From Bacillota bacterium (GTDB lineage Bacteria; Bacillota; Limnochordia; Darwinibacteriales; Darwinibacteriaceae), in NCBI GenBank assembly GCA_012837385.1, contig DURH01000001.1:1349-65348 (forward strand): DNA of 64,000 nucleotides. Reading direction: 5' to 3'. Below, piece after piece: positions 9,096 through 19,773 of the stretch. Positions within the stretch are counted from its first letter, which is position 1. Each line of letters begins with the position of its first letter. The position numbers and the translations under genes are program-made. The notes under the pieces were generated by a model. The model made no database searches. It saw only the letters and a list, made by a program, of their open reading frames with translations, and had not been told where the DNA came from.

Positions 9096-9704
9096 TTGAG
9101 TGTTTTAATCCCAATGGTAGTTGAGCAGACGAATCGGGGGGAGCGGGCTTTTGACATATACTCCCGACTCCTCAAGGATCGGATCATCTTCTTGGGAGGA
9201 CCCATCGATGATCATGTGGCTAACCTAGTCATTGCCCAGCTTTTGTTCTTGGAATCTGAGGATCCTGACAAGGATATTCACCTGTATATAAACAGCCCAG
9301 GCGGGGTAATCTACTCAGGATTGGCCATTTATGACACCATACAGTACATCAAGGCAGATGTATCCACTATCTGTGTGGGCATGGCTGCCAGCATGGGCGC
9401 CTTATTGCTTAGTGCTGGGACGAAGGGCAAGCGCTTTGCACTCCCCAACTCCCGGATAATGATTCACCAGCCCCTTGGCGGTGCTCAGGGACAGGCGAGC
9501 CAGATCGAGATTCAGGCCAAAGAAATCCTGCTCCTCAAGTCACAGATTAACGATATTCTCCATCACACCACTGGTCAGCCCTTAGAAAGAATTCAGCAGG
9601 ATACGGATCGTGACTACTACATGTCCGCGAAGAGCGCGGTGGAATACGGTCTAATTGATGGTGTCCTTACCCAGAGGCAGGTTCAGAACAGCCAGGGGCA
9701 GTAA
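9096..9704 (+). CDS. clpP: ATP-dependent Clp protease proteolytic subunit
   Basis: [23 protein letters not shown] with catalytic residues [14 protein letters not shown]...MIHQP. The start is probably TTG 9096 after GGGGAGAG. ATG 9114 is an alternative. Confidence 0.9.
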   Translation: MSVLIPMVVEQTNRGERAFDIYSRLLKDRIIFLGGPIDDHVANLVIAQLLFLESEDPDKDIHLYINSPGGVIYSGLAIYDTIQYIKADVSTICVGMAASMGALLLSAGTKGKRFALPNSRIMIHQPLGGAQGQASQIEIQAKEILLLKSQINDILHHTTGQPLERIQQDTDRDYYMSAKSAVEYGLIDGVLTQRQVQNSQGQ

Positions 9705-9724
9705 GTGACAAATGAGGTGATTGG

Positions 9725-10987
9725 ATGTTCAAATTTGGCGATGAAAAAGGACAGCTGAAGTGTTCTTTTTGCGGCAAAATGCAGGAACAAGTTAAGAAAC
9801 TCATCGCCGGTCCAGGGGTCTATATCTGCGATGAATGCATAGAGCTCTGTAACGAGATCATCGAGGAAGAGTTTACTGAAGATCATGATCTGGAACTGGA
9901 TAGCGTACCCAAGCCCAAGGAAATCCGAGAGGCGTTGGATGAGTACGTTATCGGCCAGGAAGAAGCCAAAAAGACACTGGCTGTCGCCGTATACAACCAT
10001 TACAAGCGCATCAACAGCAACCTCAGAACCGATGATGTTGAGCTCCAGAAGAGCAACATCCTCATGCTGGGGCCTACTGGGAGCGGCAAGACCTTTTTGG
10101 CCCAGACGCTGGCTAAGATTCTCAACGTTCCCTTTGCCATCGCCGATGCTACCAGCCTCACTGAGGCCGGTTACGTGGGCGAAGATGTGGAGAACATACT
10201 GCTCAGGTTGATTCAAGCAGCAGATTACGATGTGGAGCGGGCGGAAAAGGGCATCATTTACGTGGACGAAATCGACAAAATCGCCCGTAAGTCTGAGAAT
10301 CCATCCATCACCCGCGATGTATCTGGAGAAGGCGTACAGCAGGCACTGCTGAAAATTCTGGAGGGTACCATTGCCAGTGTCCCACCGCAGGGTGGACGCA
10401 AGCATCCCCATCAGGAGTTCATCCAGATCGATACCACCAATATTCTGTTCATCTGCGGCGGTGCCTTTGACGGGTTGGAGAAGATTATTGAACGCAGAAT
10501 TGGGCAGAAGAACATCGGCTTTGGTGCCGAGGTGTTGACCCGCGAAGAAAAGAAGATCGGGGACATTCTGCGTAAGATTATGCCTGAGGATCTGCTGCGC
10601 TATGGGCTGATTCCAGAGTTCATCGGACGTGTACCCGTGGTTTGCACGCTGGACGCCCTGGATGAGGACGCTTTGGTGAGAATCCTCACTGAACCTAAAA
10701 ATGCCTTAGTGAAGCAGTTCCAAAAGCTTCTGCAGATGGATGATGTCACCCTGGAGTTTGAGCCTGAAGCCCTGCGCCTCATTGCAGCCAAGGCTTTGGA
10801 ACAGAAAACCGGAGCCAGGGGTCTGCGCACCGTTGTAGAAGGGCTTATGCTGGATGTGATGTACAGCGTTCCCTCTGAAGAGGATGTCTCTAAGTGCGTA
10901 ATTACCAAAGCTGCCGTGGAGAAACAGGAACAGCCCTTGGTGGTCAGGAGCAAGAGCAAGGGCAAAGGAAAAGAAGAAAGTGCGTAA
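9725..10987 (+). CDS. clpX: ATP-dependent Clp protease ATP-binding subunit ClpX
   Basis: N-terminal zinc finger CSFCGK...CDEC, Walker A GPTGSGKT, and an AAA+ core. Confidence 0.95.
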   Translation: MFKFGDEKGQLKCSFCGKMQEQVKKLIAGPGVYICDECIELCNEIIEEEFTEDHDLELDSVPKPKEIREALDEYVIGQEEAKKTLAVAVYNHYKRINSNLRTDDVELQKSNILMLGPTGSGKTFLAQTLAKILNVPFAIADATSLTEAGYVGEDVENILLRLIQAADYDVERAEKGIIYVDEIDKIARKSENPSITRDVSGEGVQQALLKILEGTIASVPPQGGRKHPHQEFIQIDTTNILFICGGAFDGLEKIIERRIGQKNIGFGAEVLTREEKKIGDILRKIMPEDLLRYGLIPEFIGRVPVVCTLDALDEDALVRILTEPKNALVKQFQKLLQMDDVTLEFEPEALRLIAAKALEQKTGARGLRTVVEGLMLDVMYSVPSEEDVSKCVITKAAVEKQEQPLVVRSKSKGKGKEESA

Positions 10988-11085
10988 ACACGCTGTAAGT
11001 TGCGGATAAGCTGGGTAACCAGCTTATCCTTTTTCTTTCTCCTGGGCATAATAGCAAGTGCAAGCTTGGGAGAGGAGCGGCGGTA

Positions 11086-12780
11086 ATGGAAATTCTGGGG
11101 TTAGTTAACCTGTTCTTTGCCATAGTGATCGGCCTCTATTTCTGGAACCTCCTCCGTCAGCAGCAGGGCAGCAAGACAGCTGTTGACAGAGAATCGCGCA
11201 GGGAAATGGACAAACTGAGGCGCTTGAAAAGCATTGCCCTCACTGAACCCTTGTCAGAGCTGACCCGGCCAAAGGCCCTGCAGGAGATCATAGGTCAGAG
11301 CGATGGGTTGAAGGCTCTGCGAGCCGCGCTGTGCGGAGCCAATCCCCAGCATGTGATCATCTACGGGCCTCCAGGAGTGGGGAAGACAGCAGCTGCAAGG
11401 GTGGTGCTGGAGGAGGCCAAGAAAAACCCCCTTTCACCCTTTGCCCACGATGCTGCCTTTGTGGAAGTGGATGCCACCACCGCCCGTTTTGACGAAAGGG
11501 GCATTGCTGATCCCCTGTTGGGTTCTGTGCATGATCCCATCTATCAAGGTGCGGGGCCCCTGGGCGTGGCAGGGATTCCTCAGCCCAAACCAGGCGCGGT
11601 AACCAAAGCCCATGGCGGCGTCCTGTTTATTGACGAGATTGGCGAGCTGCACCCCATCCAGCTCAACAAACTGCTCAAGGTACTGGAAGACCGCCGGGTG
11701 TTTTTGGACAGCGCCTATTACTCGTCTGAAGACAGCAATATCCCACCGCATATCCACGACATTTTCCAAAACGGCTTGCCCGCGGATTTCAGGCTGGTTG
11801 GGGCAACCACCCGTTTGTCCACTGAGCTGCCCCCGGCGCTCCGCTCACGCTGCCTGGAAATCTATTTCCGCAACCTTACTCCAGAGGAGATCGGCAGCAT
11901 TGCTGCTAATGCAGCGGAAAAGATCAAACTTCCCCTAGAACCTGCCGCCCTGGAAGAAATCAAGCGCTTCGCCGCCAACGGACGGGATGCTGTAAACATG
12001 GTTCAGATCGCGGGAGGAGTTGTGCTCAGTGAAGGGCGTAAGGTTATTGCCAAAAGAGATGTAGAGTGGGTACTGAGCTGTGGGCAGTACGCGCCTAGGC
12101 CCCAAAACCGCATCAGACAGGAACCTGCTGTGGGGGTTGTGAACGGGCTGGCCATGTACGGCCCCAATCTGGGGACCGTGATTGAGGTGGAGGCCACTGC
12201 GGTGACCGCTGATCGCGGCCATGGGGGAGTCAAGGTCACAGGCGTGATGGAGGAAGAGGAGTTTGGGCGCCAGGGGCGCACCATGCGGCGCCGTTCTCAG
12301 GCCCGGTCATCGGTTGACAATGTCCTTACGGTACTCAGGGTTTCCCTGGGGTTGAGGCCGCAGGATTACGATATTCACATCAACTTCCCAGGCGGTATTC
12401 CTGTGGATGGTCCGTCCGCTGGTGTGAGTATGGTAACTGCAGTGGCGTCGGCACTGACCAATAGGCCGGTCTCCAATATCGTGGCCATGACAGGAGAGGT
12501 GACCATCCACGGCTTGGTCAAGGGCGTAGGGGGTGTGGTTCCTAAGGTGCGTGCGGCAGTGGAATCGGGGGTCAAAAAGGTTCTTATCCCGGAAGAGAAC
12601 TGGCAGGACATTTTCGCGGGCTTGCAGGACGTGGAAGTGGTGGCGGTGGGTACCATTGAAGAAGTACTCAAGCATGCCCTGCTGCAGGTGAGCGAGGAGG
12701 TGCAGTTTTCCACCGCTTCCCACGGTCACAGTACCTTATTAGGAGCGTCTCCTAAAATCACCCCAGGAATAATTCCCTGA
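11086..12780 (+). CDS. lonB: Lon-like protease LonB (membrane-anchored, sporulation-type)
   Basis: N-terminal TM (LVNLFFAIVIGLYFW), AAA+ Walker A GPPGVGKT, and a C-terminal Lon protease domain (DGPSAGVSMVTAVASALT). It lacks the LonA N-domain. The tig-clpX-lonB-lon-engB order matches Bacillus. Confidence 0.8.
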   Translation: MEILGLVNLFFAIVIGLYFWNLLRQQQGSKTAVDRESRREMDKLRRLKSIALTEPLSELTRPKALQEIIGQSDGLKALRAALCGANPQHVIIYGPPGVGKTAAARVVLEEAKKNPLSPFAHDAAFVEVDATTARFDERGIADPLLGSVHDPIYQGAGPLGVAGIPQPKPGAVTKAHGGVLFIDEIGELHPIQLNKLLKVLEDRRVFLDSAYYSSEDSNIPPHIHDIFQNGLPADFRLVGATTRLSTELPPALRSRCLEIYFRNLTPEEIGSIAANAAEKIKLPLEPAALEEIKRFAANGRDAVNMVQIAGGVVLSEGRKVIAKRDVEWVLSCGQYAPRPQNRIRQEPAVGVVNGLAMYGPNLGTVIEVEATAVTADRGHGGVKVTGVMEEEEFGRQGRTMRRRSQARSSVDNVLTVLRVSLGLRPQDYDIHINFPGGIPVDGPSAGVSMVTAVASALTNRPVSNIVAMTGEVTIHGLVKGVGGVVPKVRAAVESGVKKVLIPEENWQDIFAGLQDVEVVAVGTIEEVLKHALLQVSEEVQFSTASHGHSTLLGASPKITPGIIP

Positions 12781-12832
12781 TTTTCCAAACTATGATACAA
12801 TGAAGGTACATTAACCAAATGGGGGTGTAGAA

Positions 12833-15247
12833 ATGGCACAGAAGGTTACCTCTCAGATGTTTCCGTTGCTACCTCTCCGTGGAATGCTTGTGTTCCCCTA
12901 TATGGTTACACCGCTGGAAGTTGGGCGTCACCGTTCAATAGAAGCTATTGAACAGGCCATGGTTGGGGATGGGCGTATCGTTTTGGCGACACAGCATCAG
13001 GTGGACACTGAAGAGCCTCAGCCTGAAGAAATATATCATGTTGGTACCCTTTGCGAAATCAAGCAGCTGCTGAAAGTACCAGAGGGCCAAGTTCGGGTTC
13101 TGGTAGAGGGTCTGGCCCGAGTCACCCTGGAACATATAGACGATGCTAATGGTTACTACGAAGCATATGTAACCGTTGTCCCTGAAATGAATGGAGAGAT
13201 GAACAGCCTGGAGCTTGATGCGCTGGTGCGCAGCGTCCGGGAAGAGTTTGGGAAGTATGTACGGCTTGGAAAGAAGATACCGGCAGAAGTGTTGATGTCG
13301 GTGACAAATATCGAAGATCCCCATCGTCTGGCAGATACCATAGCAAGCCAGCTCTTGGTTTCTTTCCAGGAAAAGCAGAGGCTGCTTGAGATCTTGCCCG
13401 TGGACAAGAGACTGGAGGCCATTTTAGGCCTGCTCTACCGGGAAGGTGAGATCCTCAATCTGGAGAAGTCCATCCAGCAGCGCGTCCGCAAGCAGATGGA
13501 GAAAGCTCAGCGTGAATACTACCTAAGGGAGCAGATTAAGGCTATCCAGGTGGAGCTGGGCGAACGTGATGAGAAGGGCAAAAGTGAGACGGAGGAGCTC
13601 AAGGAGAAGCTGCAGAAAGGCAAGCTGCCTAAGGAAGCCAAAGCAAAAGTTCTCCATGAGATTCACCGTTTGGAGCGCATGGCGCCCATGTCCGCAGAAG
13701 CAACCGTTGTCCGGAATTATATCGATTGGATGCTGTCTCTGCCCTGGTCGAAGCGGACCAAGGATCGCTTGGACCTCAATGTGGCAGAGGAAATACTGGA
13801 CCGTGATCATTACGGCCTAGAGCAAGTTAAAGAGCGCATACTGGAGTTTCTAGCTGTGCGCCAGCTGACTAAGAACTCTAAGGGACCCATTCTCTGCTTA
13901 GTAGGCCCGCCTGGGGTAGGCAAGACATCCCTAGCCCAATCTGTGGGCAATGCCTTAAACCGCAGTTTTGCCCGTCTTTCCTTGGGCGGTGTGCGGGATG
14001 AAGCCGAGATCAGAGGGCATCGGCGCACTTATATTGGATCCATGCCTGGGCGCATAATCCAGACCATGCGAACCGTCGGCAGCCGCAATCCTGTAATTGT
14101 CCTAGATGAAATTGACAAGTTGGCCTCTGATTTTAGAGGAGATCCGGCATCAGCCCTTTTGGAAGTATTGGATCCTGAACAGAATAATCGTTTCGGAGAC
14201 CATTACCTGGAAGTTCCCTTTGACCTCTCTGAGGTACTGTTTATCACCACAGCCAATGTGCTGCATTCCATTCCGCCTCCGCTTAGGGACAGAATGGAGG
14301 TTATCACCATACCCGGCTACACCGAGTATGAGAAGTTTGAGATCGCTAAACGCCACCTGTGGCCCAAACAGCTTCAGGCCAACGGTCTGAGGCCTGAGCA
14401 GATCCAGATTTCCGATAACACCATCTTCAAGGTGATCAACGAGTACACCAAAGAGGCTGGGGTGAGAACCTTAGAACGCAGACTGGGGACCATTTGCCGC
14501 AAGGTGGCCACGGAGATCGTCAAGGGCCAGATCACCACGGCCCGCATAACCGTGAGCAATCTCCACAAATACCTTGGCGTACGCCGCTACACCCAGACCA
14601 TGGCTGATCAGGAAGACAAGGTGGGAGTAGCTACAGGCTTGGCCTACACCCAAGTAGGCGGCGAGATCCTCAGCATTGAAGTTACCGTGATAGACGGCAA
14701 GGGTAAGCTGACGCTTACTGGAAAACTCGGTGAAGTGATGCGAGAATCCGCCCAGGCAGCGCTCAGTTATGTGCGCTCCCGAGCAGTGGAGCTGGGTATC
14801 GATCCCAGGTTCCACGAGAACAAGGATATCCATATGCATATTCCAGAAGGGGCAGTCCCCAAGGACGGGCCTTCCGCGGGAATCACCATTGCTACCGCCC
14901 TGGCCAGTGCCTTAACCAACAGGCCAGTGCGCCATGATGTATCCATGACTGGAGAGATCACCTTGAGGGGCAGAGTGCTGCCTATCGGTGGAGTAAAGGA
15001 GAAGCTGTTGGCTGCCCACCGGGCGGGGATTAGCAGGGTACTGCTGCCCATCGAGAATGAGAAGGATCTGGAAGAAGTGCCAGCCAACATCCTCGGCAAA
15101 CTCCAGATTTCCTTTGTGGAGCACATGGATCAGGTGTTGGCCCATGCCCTGTATCCAGAGCCGGTGGAACCTGAGACTCCTGCCTTCATGGTTCCCGAGG
15201 CTGCTCCTGTGGTCGATGAGCCCTGGATGGGAGAACATGAGGTATGA
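12833..15247 (+). CDS. lon: ATP-dependent protease La (LonA)
   Basis: An 804-aa protein with a Lon N-domain ([23 protein letters not shown]), AAA+ GPPGVGKTS, and a protease domain [18 protein letters not shown] with the catalytic Ser. Confidence 0.95.
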   Translation: MAQKVTSQMFPLLPLRGMLVFPYMVTPLEVGRHRSIEAIEQAMVGDGRIVLATQHQVDTEEPQPEEIYHVGTLCEIKQLLKVPEGQVRVLVEGLARVTLEHIDDANGYYEAYVTVVPEMNGEMNSLELDALVRSVREEFGKYVRLGKKIPAEVLMSVTNIEDPHRLADTIASQLLVSFQEKQRLLEILPVDKRLEAILGLLYREGEILNLEKSIQQRVRKQMEKAQREYYLREQIKAIQVELGERDEKGKSETEELKEKLQKGKLPKEAKAKVLHEIHRLERMAPMSAEATVVRNYIDWMLSLPWSKRTKDRLDLNVAEEILDRDHYGLEQVKERILEFLAVRQLTKNSKGPILCLVGPPGVGKTSLAQSVGNALNRSFARLSLGGVRDEAEIRGHRRTYIGSMPGRIIQTMRTVGSRNPVIVLDEIDKLASDFRGDPASALLEVLDPEQNNRFGDHYLEVPFDLSEVLFITTANVLHSIPPPLRDRMEVITIPGYTEYEKFEIAKRHLWPKQLQANGLRPEQIQISDNTIFKVINEYTKEAGVRTLERRLGTICRKVATEIVKGQITTARITVSNLHKYLGVRRYTQTMADQEDKVGVATGLAYTQVGGEILSIEVTVIDGKGKLTLTGKLGEVMRESAQAALSYVRSRAVELGIDPRFHENKDIHMHIPEGAVPKDGPSAGITIATALASALTNRPVRHDVSMTGEITLRGRVLPIGGVKEKLLAAHRAGISRVLLPIENEKDLEEVPANILGKLQISFVEHMDQVLAHALYPEPVEPETPAFMVPEAAPVVDEPWMGEHEV

Positions 15248-15825
15248 GCCTGAACTTGCATAGGGCTGAGTTTCTCACCAGCGCCGTCAACGCCAGGGGA
15301 TATCCTGTCCATGATCTGAAGGAAATAGCTTTGGTGGGGCGGTCGAATGTGGGCAAGTCTTCTCTAATTAACACTCTGGTGAATCGAAGGAAGTTTGCCC
15401 GTACCTCCACCCAGCCAGGCAGGACCCAGACCATCAACTTTTACCAAGTGGACAGCCTGTGCTTGGTGGACCTGCCGGGTTACGGATTTGCCAAGGTACC
15501 GGCGGCTGTGCGCAGCGCATGGCGGCCCATGATTGAAGGCTACCTCACTGGCCGGCCGAATCTGGTAGGCGTACTGCACCTAGTTGATGTGAGACACGAG
15601 CCTACCAAGGATGATCTGGTCATGGGCACCTGGCTCAGCACCATGGGTGTGCCCTCAGTCTTGATTGCCACCAAGGTGGACAAGATCAGCAGGGGGCAGT
15701 ATCAGAAACATGTAAAGATGATTAAGAACGCATTGGGCAAGGAACCAGTGCTCTTTTCAGCCCAGACCAAGGAGGGCCGTGAGGACATCCTCCAGGTTAT
15801 CTGCGAGCTTGGTGGGGTGGATTAG
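15244..15825 (+). CDS. engB: ribosome-biogenesis GTPase EngB/YihA/YsxC
   Basis: [13 protein letters not shown]1 motif and a DLPGYG G3 motif. The start overlaps the lon stop (ATGA). Confidence 0.9.
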   Translation: MSLNLHRAEFLTSAVNARGYPVHDLKEIALVGRSNVGKSSLINTLVNRRKFARTSTQPGRTQTINFYQVDSLCLVDLPGYGFAKVPAAVRSAWRPMIEGYLTGRPNLVGVLHLVDVRHEPTKDDLVMGTWLSTMGVPSVLIATKVDKISRGQYQKHVKMIKNALGKEPVLFSAQTKEGREDILQVICELGGVD

Positions 15826-15835
15826 GATAGGAAGC

Positions 15836-15877
15836 GGGGCCTCCAGGCGCGGCAAAAGCGCCAGGGGCCCCTTTTTC
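15836..15877 (+). terminator. rho-independent terminator after engB
   Basis: GGGGCCTCCAGGCGCGGCAAAAGCGCCAGGGGCCCC followed by TTTTT. Confidence 0.65.
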
Positions 15878-15952
15878 CTGCTGCAGTCTTGGGCGGTTTT
15901 TTCACGAGGGATAGGGTATAAGCAGGATATCAAGGATCGGTAAAGAATTATC

Positions 15953-17206
15953 ATGCAAGGGCTGAGTGGGATTGGGGGTGCTGTTATGGAGCAGCAGCGA
16001 GCAGAAAGTTTGCAGAGAGCTGTTGTGTTTCTTACTGCTGCAGCAGCCTTGGTTTTAGGTGTTGTTTTTTTCAAACATCCAGGGTGGCAGGACTGGCCGG
16101 TTATGCTCGCTCTTGGCGCAGTGTTTCTTTACCTGCAGACCGTCATGGTGCGCATCGGCGAGCGGGCCGATTATTCCCTAGCCACCGCATCGATTTTCCC
16201 AATTATCTACCTATACGGGATCACGCCGGCCATGGTCATCTCGGCCCTGGCGGGGTTGGCAGATGGGTCGGTCCACAAGAAGCAGTGCCACCGCGTTGTG
16301 TTCAACGCGTCTCAACTGCCGTTGGCGGCCTTGACCAGTGCCCTGATCTATCGGGCTCTGCGGTTTCCCCTGGGGACCAGTGGGCTGGGAGGCGTGACCG
16401 CCATGGTTGCTGGGGCGGTGGTTTACACCTTTGTTAACATCCTCTTGGTATCACGTATGGTGTCCATATGGCGGGGTGTAGGCTGGTGGTCCCAAACGAG
16501 AATTCTCCTGGCCCGCAGCTTTCGCAGCAGCTTAAGTGCCATTCTGATTGGCTTGGTCTTCACGTTTTTTGTGAAGAGCTACGGCTTTTGGGGCGTCGTT
16601 GGTTTTGGCTGCCTGCTCATGAATCTTTCGGGTATGCTGAAAGCTGCGGTGGAGGTAAGCAGTGAGAGGGCGCGCCGGAAGGAACTAGAGGAAGAGCTGG
16701 TCATTGATGAAATGACAGGTGCTTACAATTTCCGCTTTTTGAACCAATGGCTCCACGATTCCTCGGGGGAAACCGTGACGGTGCTCTTTTTCGATATTGA
16801 TGACTACTCGGTGTTCAACAACACCTATGGGCACGCTGAGGGAGATCGAGTCCTTAGGATGCTTGTGGAGACCATTAAACAGAGTGTTAGGCCGCAGGAT
16901 AAGGTTATTCGCTACGGCGGCGATGAGTTTGTGGTTGTCTTAGAGGACATTGGAGTTGAAGGAGGCACCCGCGTTGCCGAGCGTATTATGGGTAATATTA
17001 GAAACGTGAAAGGGACCCATTGGAGCAGGCCCATTACCGTTTCCGTGGGCGTAGCCTCGAAACCGGCCCATACCACTGATAAACACCAGCTGTTGTTGTT
17101 TTCCGATCAAGCCATGTATGCAGCAAAAGAGGCAGGAAAGGATAGGCTGCGCATCTGGAATCGAGCGTGTGCTGAGGCTGCCGCTTACCGAGAGGACCCT
17201 TGTTAG
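15953..17206 (+). CDS. membrane-bound GGDEF diguanylate cyclase
   Basis: An N-terminal domain of about 6 TM helices, then a GGDEF domain with an intact RYGGDEF active site and an RPQD I-site (RxxD) 5 residues upstream. Confidence 0.85.
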   Translation: MQGLSGIGGAVMEQQRAESLQRAVVFLTAAAALVLGVVFFKHPGWQDWPVMLALGAVFLYLQTVMVRIGERADYSLATASIFPIIYLYGITPAMVISALAGLADGSVHKKQCHRVVFNASQLPLAALTSALIYRALRFPLGTSGLGGVTAMVAGAVVYTFVNILLVSRMVSIWRGVGWWSQTRILLARSFRSSLSAILIGLVFTFFVKSYGFWGVVGFGCLLMNLSGMLKAAVEVSSERARRKELEEELVIDEMTGAYNFRFLNQWLHDSSGETVTVLFFDIDDYSVFNNTYGHAEGDRVLRMLVETIKQSVRPQDKVIRYGGDEFVVVLEDIGVEGGTRVAERIMGNIRNVKGTHWSRPITVSVGVASKPAHTTDKHQLLLFSDQAMYAAKEAGKDRLRIWNRACAEAAAYREDPC

Positions 17207-17242
17207 GGTCTTTCTTCTCAGATGCTGAGGAGGGAAGGGAAC

Positions 17243-18166
17243 ATGGGCACAGGATTTGATTATGCGGCGCTGCTTGAGGAAGTAGTTGCCGAGTGTCGGA
17301 GCCATGCAGAACGGGGTCAACTCCCCACATATATCCCAGAGTTGAAGAAGGGCAACCCAAAGCTGGCGGGGATCGCACTGCAGACCACAACGGGGCTGTA
17401 TGAAGCCGGCGATACCAGGGTTGATTTCACTCTGCAGAGCATCTCCAAGGTGTTCAGCCTGCTGGTGGCCATTGAAGAGCGGGGGCCGGAAGCGGTCTTT
17501 GCCAAGGTGGGTTCAGAGCCCACGGGAGACTCCTTCAACAGCATAGTTAAACTGGAAACCTCAGAGCAGAAGCCCCTCAACCCCATGATCAACGCTGGGG
17601 CCATTGCGGTTTGCTCCCTAATCCCCGGCTCCACGGTGGAGGAGCGATTCGCACTCATCACCGGCCTGTTGGAGAAGATCCTAGAGCGACCTATTGCAAT
17701 TGACGAGGCGGTGTACAAGTCAGAAAAGGAGACGGGCCACCGCAACAGGGCGCTGGCTTATTTTCTCAAAGACATCAACTGCCTGGAGGGCGATGTGGAA
17801 GAAGTACTGGATCTATACTTCCGTCAGTGTTCAATTTTGGTCAATTGCGCAGATTTAGCCCGCATAGGCATGTTCCTGGCTGCGAAAGGTATTAGCGGAG
17901 GGGGAACTCCACTGGTGTCCGCCCGGGCGGTGCGATTGGTATCCACATTTATGGTTACCTGTGGAATGTACAATGGTTCCGGCGAATTTGCCATTAAAGT
18001 GGGGATTCCGGCTAAGAGCGGAGTTTCGGGAGGTATTTTGGGCGCCGTCCCTGGCCGTTTTGGTGTAGCCGCCTTCGGACCAGCGCTGGATCGCAAGGGC
18101 AACAGCGTGGTGGGTATCAGCATGTTGAAACGCATGTCGGAGGTCCTTGACTTCAGCATTTTTTAG
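17243..18166 (+). CDS. glsA: glutaminase
   Basis: Serine-dependent glutaminase-family motifs: LQSISKVF, NPMINAGAI, a GEFAIKVGIPAKSGVSGGI-type C-terminus. The start is ATG 17243 after GAGGAGGGAAGGGAAC. It lies only 36 nt downstream of the GGDEF gene. Confidence 0.85.
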   Translation: MGTGFDYAALLEEVVAECRSHAERGQLPTYIPELKKGNPKLAGIALQTTTGLYEAGDTRVDFTLQSISKVFSLLVAIEERGPEAVFAKVGSEPTGDSFNSIVKLETSEQKPLNPMINAGAIAVCSLIPGSTVEERFALITGLLEKILERPIAIDEAVYKSEKETGHRNRALAYFLKDINCLEGDVEEVLDLYFRQCSILVNCADLARIGMFLAAKGISGGGTPLVSARAVRLVSTFMVTCGMYNGSGEFAIKVGIPAKSGVSGGILGAVPGRFGVAAFGPALDRKGNSVVGISMLKRMSEVLDFSIF

Positions 18167-18177
18167 GGGAGAGTGCT

Positions 18178-19161
18178 ATGGGTAAGGAGAGCATAACGTT
18201 TTCGACCAGGAGATTCCTGGTGGGCAAGGCAGGTCCTTTCCCGCGCCTCGTTTTTCGCGAGCAGGTGATGCAGGCGTTGGACCGGTACTCTCATCTGCAC
18301 TCCATGGGCGAACAGGGCGGGTTTCTCATTGGCAGGAAACAAGAGCTGAAGAGCGCGGAGAGGTACGAAATTCTGGTAGAACGTTTTGTCCCCATTCCCC
18401 AGAAGAGCGGTGCTTCCCGCTTGGTGATCAACCAAGAGCATTACGACAGTGTCCAGAGCGCCCTGAGGCGGGGTGGACGGAGCGAGGAGATTGTGGGGTG
18501 GGTGCACACCCATCCAGGCTTTGGAGTGTTCTTGTCCAATTTCGACAAGGAGCAGCATGAACGCTTTTTCCCAGAACCTTGGCAGGTAGCTTACGTCGTA
18601 GATAACCAGGCTTTGGAACGGGCCGTGTACCACGTAGTGGACGGAGAGTGGCAGCGCCTGGACGGCTATTACGTGCTCAGGGAGATGGCAGAAAATGAAG
18701 TTGGCATTGCAGCGGAAAGGCGCAGCAGCCCGTGGCTGAGGGTGGTAATGACCCTCTTAGTGCTGGCTTTGTTGGTGGCTGGCGGATCCTATGGCTATAC
18801 TCTGGTGCGTGATCTATACTTTGCTCCCAAGCCCGTGAGTACCGTAGTTTACGACAACGAACCGCAGTCTGCCCCTGGGCAGCAGGAAGTCGAGCAGAAG
18901 CCTGAGGTGCCGGAAGTGGAGCAAGAGCCAGTGGTGCCTCAAACCCCTTCTCAAACCACTTTGACGCCTCCTTCCACAGTTCCCCGTTATGCGGAGTACG
19001 TAGTGCAGAAGGGAGACAGTCTCTGGACCATAGCCGACAAGCTGTGGGGAGATCCCAGCCTCCACCGGATAATTGCTGAGGAAAACGGGATCACTAACCC
19101 AAGTTCCCTGTCTGTGGGGATGATTTTGAAGGTACCTGTGGACCCCAGGAGTAATAACTGA
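18178..19161 (+). CDS. JAMM/MPN+ metalloprotease domain, single TM, Pro/Gln-rich linker, C-terminal LysM domain
   Basis: The JAMM motif E-x(n)-HTH-PGFGVFL-S-NF-D matches H-x-H-x7-S-x2-D exactly. TM helix: WLRVVMTLLVLALLVAGGSY. C-terminal LysM: YVVQKGDSLWTIADKLWGDPSLHRIIAEENGI...GMILKVP. RBS GGGGAGAG precedes ATG 18178. Confidence 0.75.
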   Translation: MGKESITFSTRRFLVGKAGPFPRLVFREQVMQALDRYSHLHSMGEQGGFLIGRKQELKSAERYEILVERFVPIPQKSGASRLVINQEHYDSVQSALRRGGRSEEIVGWVHTHPGFGVFLSNFDKEQHERFFPEPWQVAYVVDNQALERAVYHVVDGEWQRLDGYYVLREMAENEVGIAAERRSSPWLRVVMTLLVLALLVAGGSYGYTLVRDLYFAPKPVSTVVYDNEPQSAPGQQEVEQKPEVPEVEQEPVVPQTPSQTTLTPPSTVPRYAEYVVQKGDSLWTIADKLWGDPSLHRIIAEENGITNPSSLSVGMILKVPVDPRSNN

Positions 19162-19291
19162 AATGTCAGAAATAGCCAATTTCAAGTACGTAATTTTTCG
19201 TGACCTATGCAGGAGTTTCTCAAATCCCCTCGAATAAGCAGTATCACCGGGGAGGGTTTGAGGAGGTGCGCATATCAACAGGTTAGATCCT

Positions 19292-19729
19292 TTGTATGTA
19301 CAGTCATCGTTGGATTTTCTGGGCGAAGCGTGTCAGGGGCACCCCCAGCTGCGCGTGAAAATTGCCGTTGATTGCGTAGCAAAGGGGTATGCCACCCACG
19401 AGCAAGCCGCCCACTTCGTAGGCATGGGCGCCGACAGTTGGGAGCAGTTCTTCCACAACTTCAGCGCAGGGGATGTCCGCAGAATACCCGCGGTGCTCCG
19501 ACGTGCAGTCCCCCACTGGGACCATAGGTTTTTGACTGGTTTTTCCGATGAACAGCTGGACATGATTGATACAGCTCTGCATTTTTGGATGAAGGAACAG
19601 CTCAGTGAGTATTCCCTGCGCAGTGTTTTTCTGGTCTGGGAAAAACTGGCCAGCAGGGAACGGAAAATGATGAGAAGGCCGCCTTATGCAGCGCTGGTGG
19701 CCGAGGAAACGGAGCAAGTCTTAAGGTGA
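19292..19729 (+). CDS. hypothetical protein
   Basis: 145 codons with high GC3 matching local coding bias. It ends 8 nt before the bidirectional terminator. I preferred it over the antisense ORF 19304-19717. No strong RBS, so the start is uncertain. Confidence 0.4.
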   Translation: MYVQSSLDFLGEACQGHPQLRVKIAVDCVAKGYATHEQAAHFVGMGADSWEQFFHNFSAGDVRRIPAVLRRAVPHWDHRFLTGFSDEQLDMIDTALHFWMKEQLSEYSLRSVFLVWEKLASRERKMMRRPPYAALVAEETEQVLR

Positions 19730-19736
19730 AAAATTG

Positions 19737-19773
19737 AAGAGTCGACGGACCGCAGTCCATCGACTCTTTTCTT
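19737..19773. terminator. bidirectional terminator between the hypothetical gene and thrS
   Basis: AAGAGTCGACGGAC-CGCA-GTCCATCGACTCTT hairpin with T runs on both strands. It overlaps the thrS stop. Confidence 0.7.

Noticed and set aside
19304-19717. Minus-strand 137-aa ORF overlapping the plus-strand hypothetical gene
   Set aside because: The plus-strand frame shows the genome's high-GC3 codon bias and ends at the terminator. The minus-frame product is Cys/His/Pro-rich and unprotein-like, and it would start immediately inside the thrS terminator.
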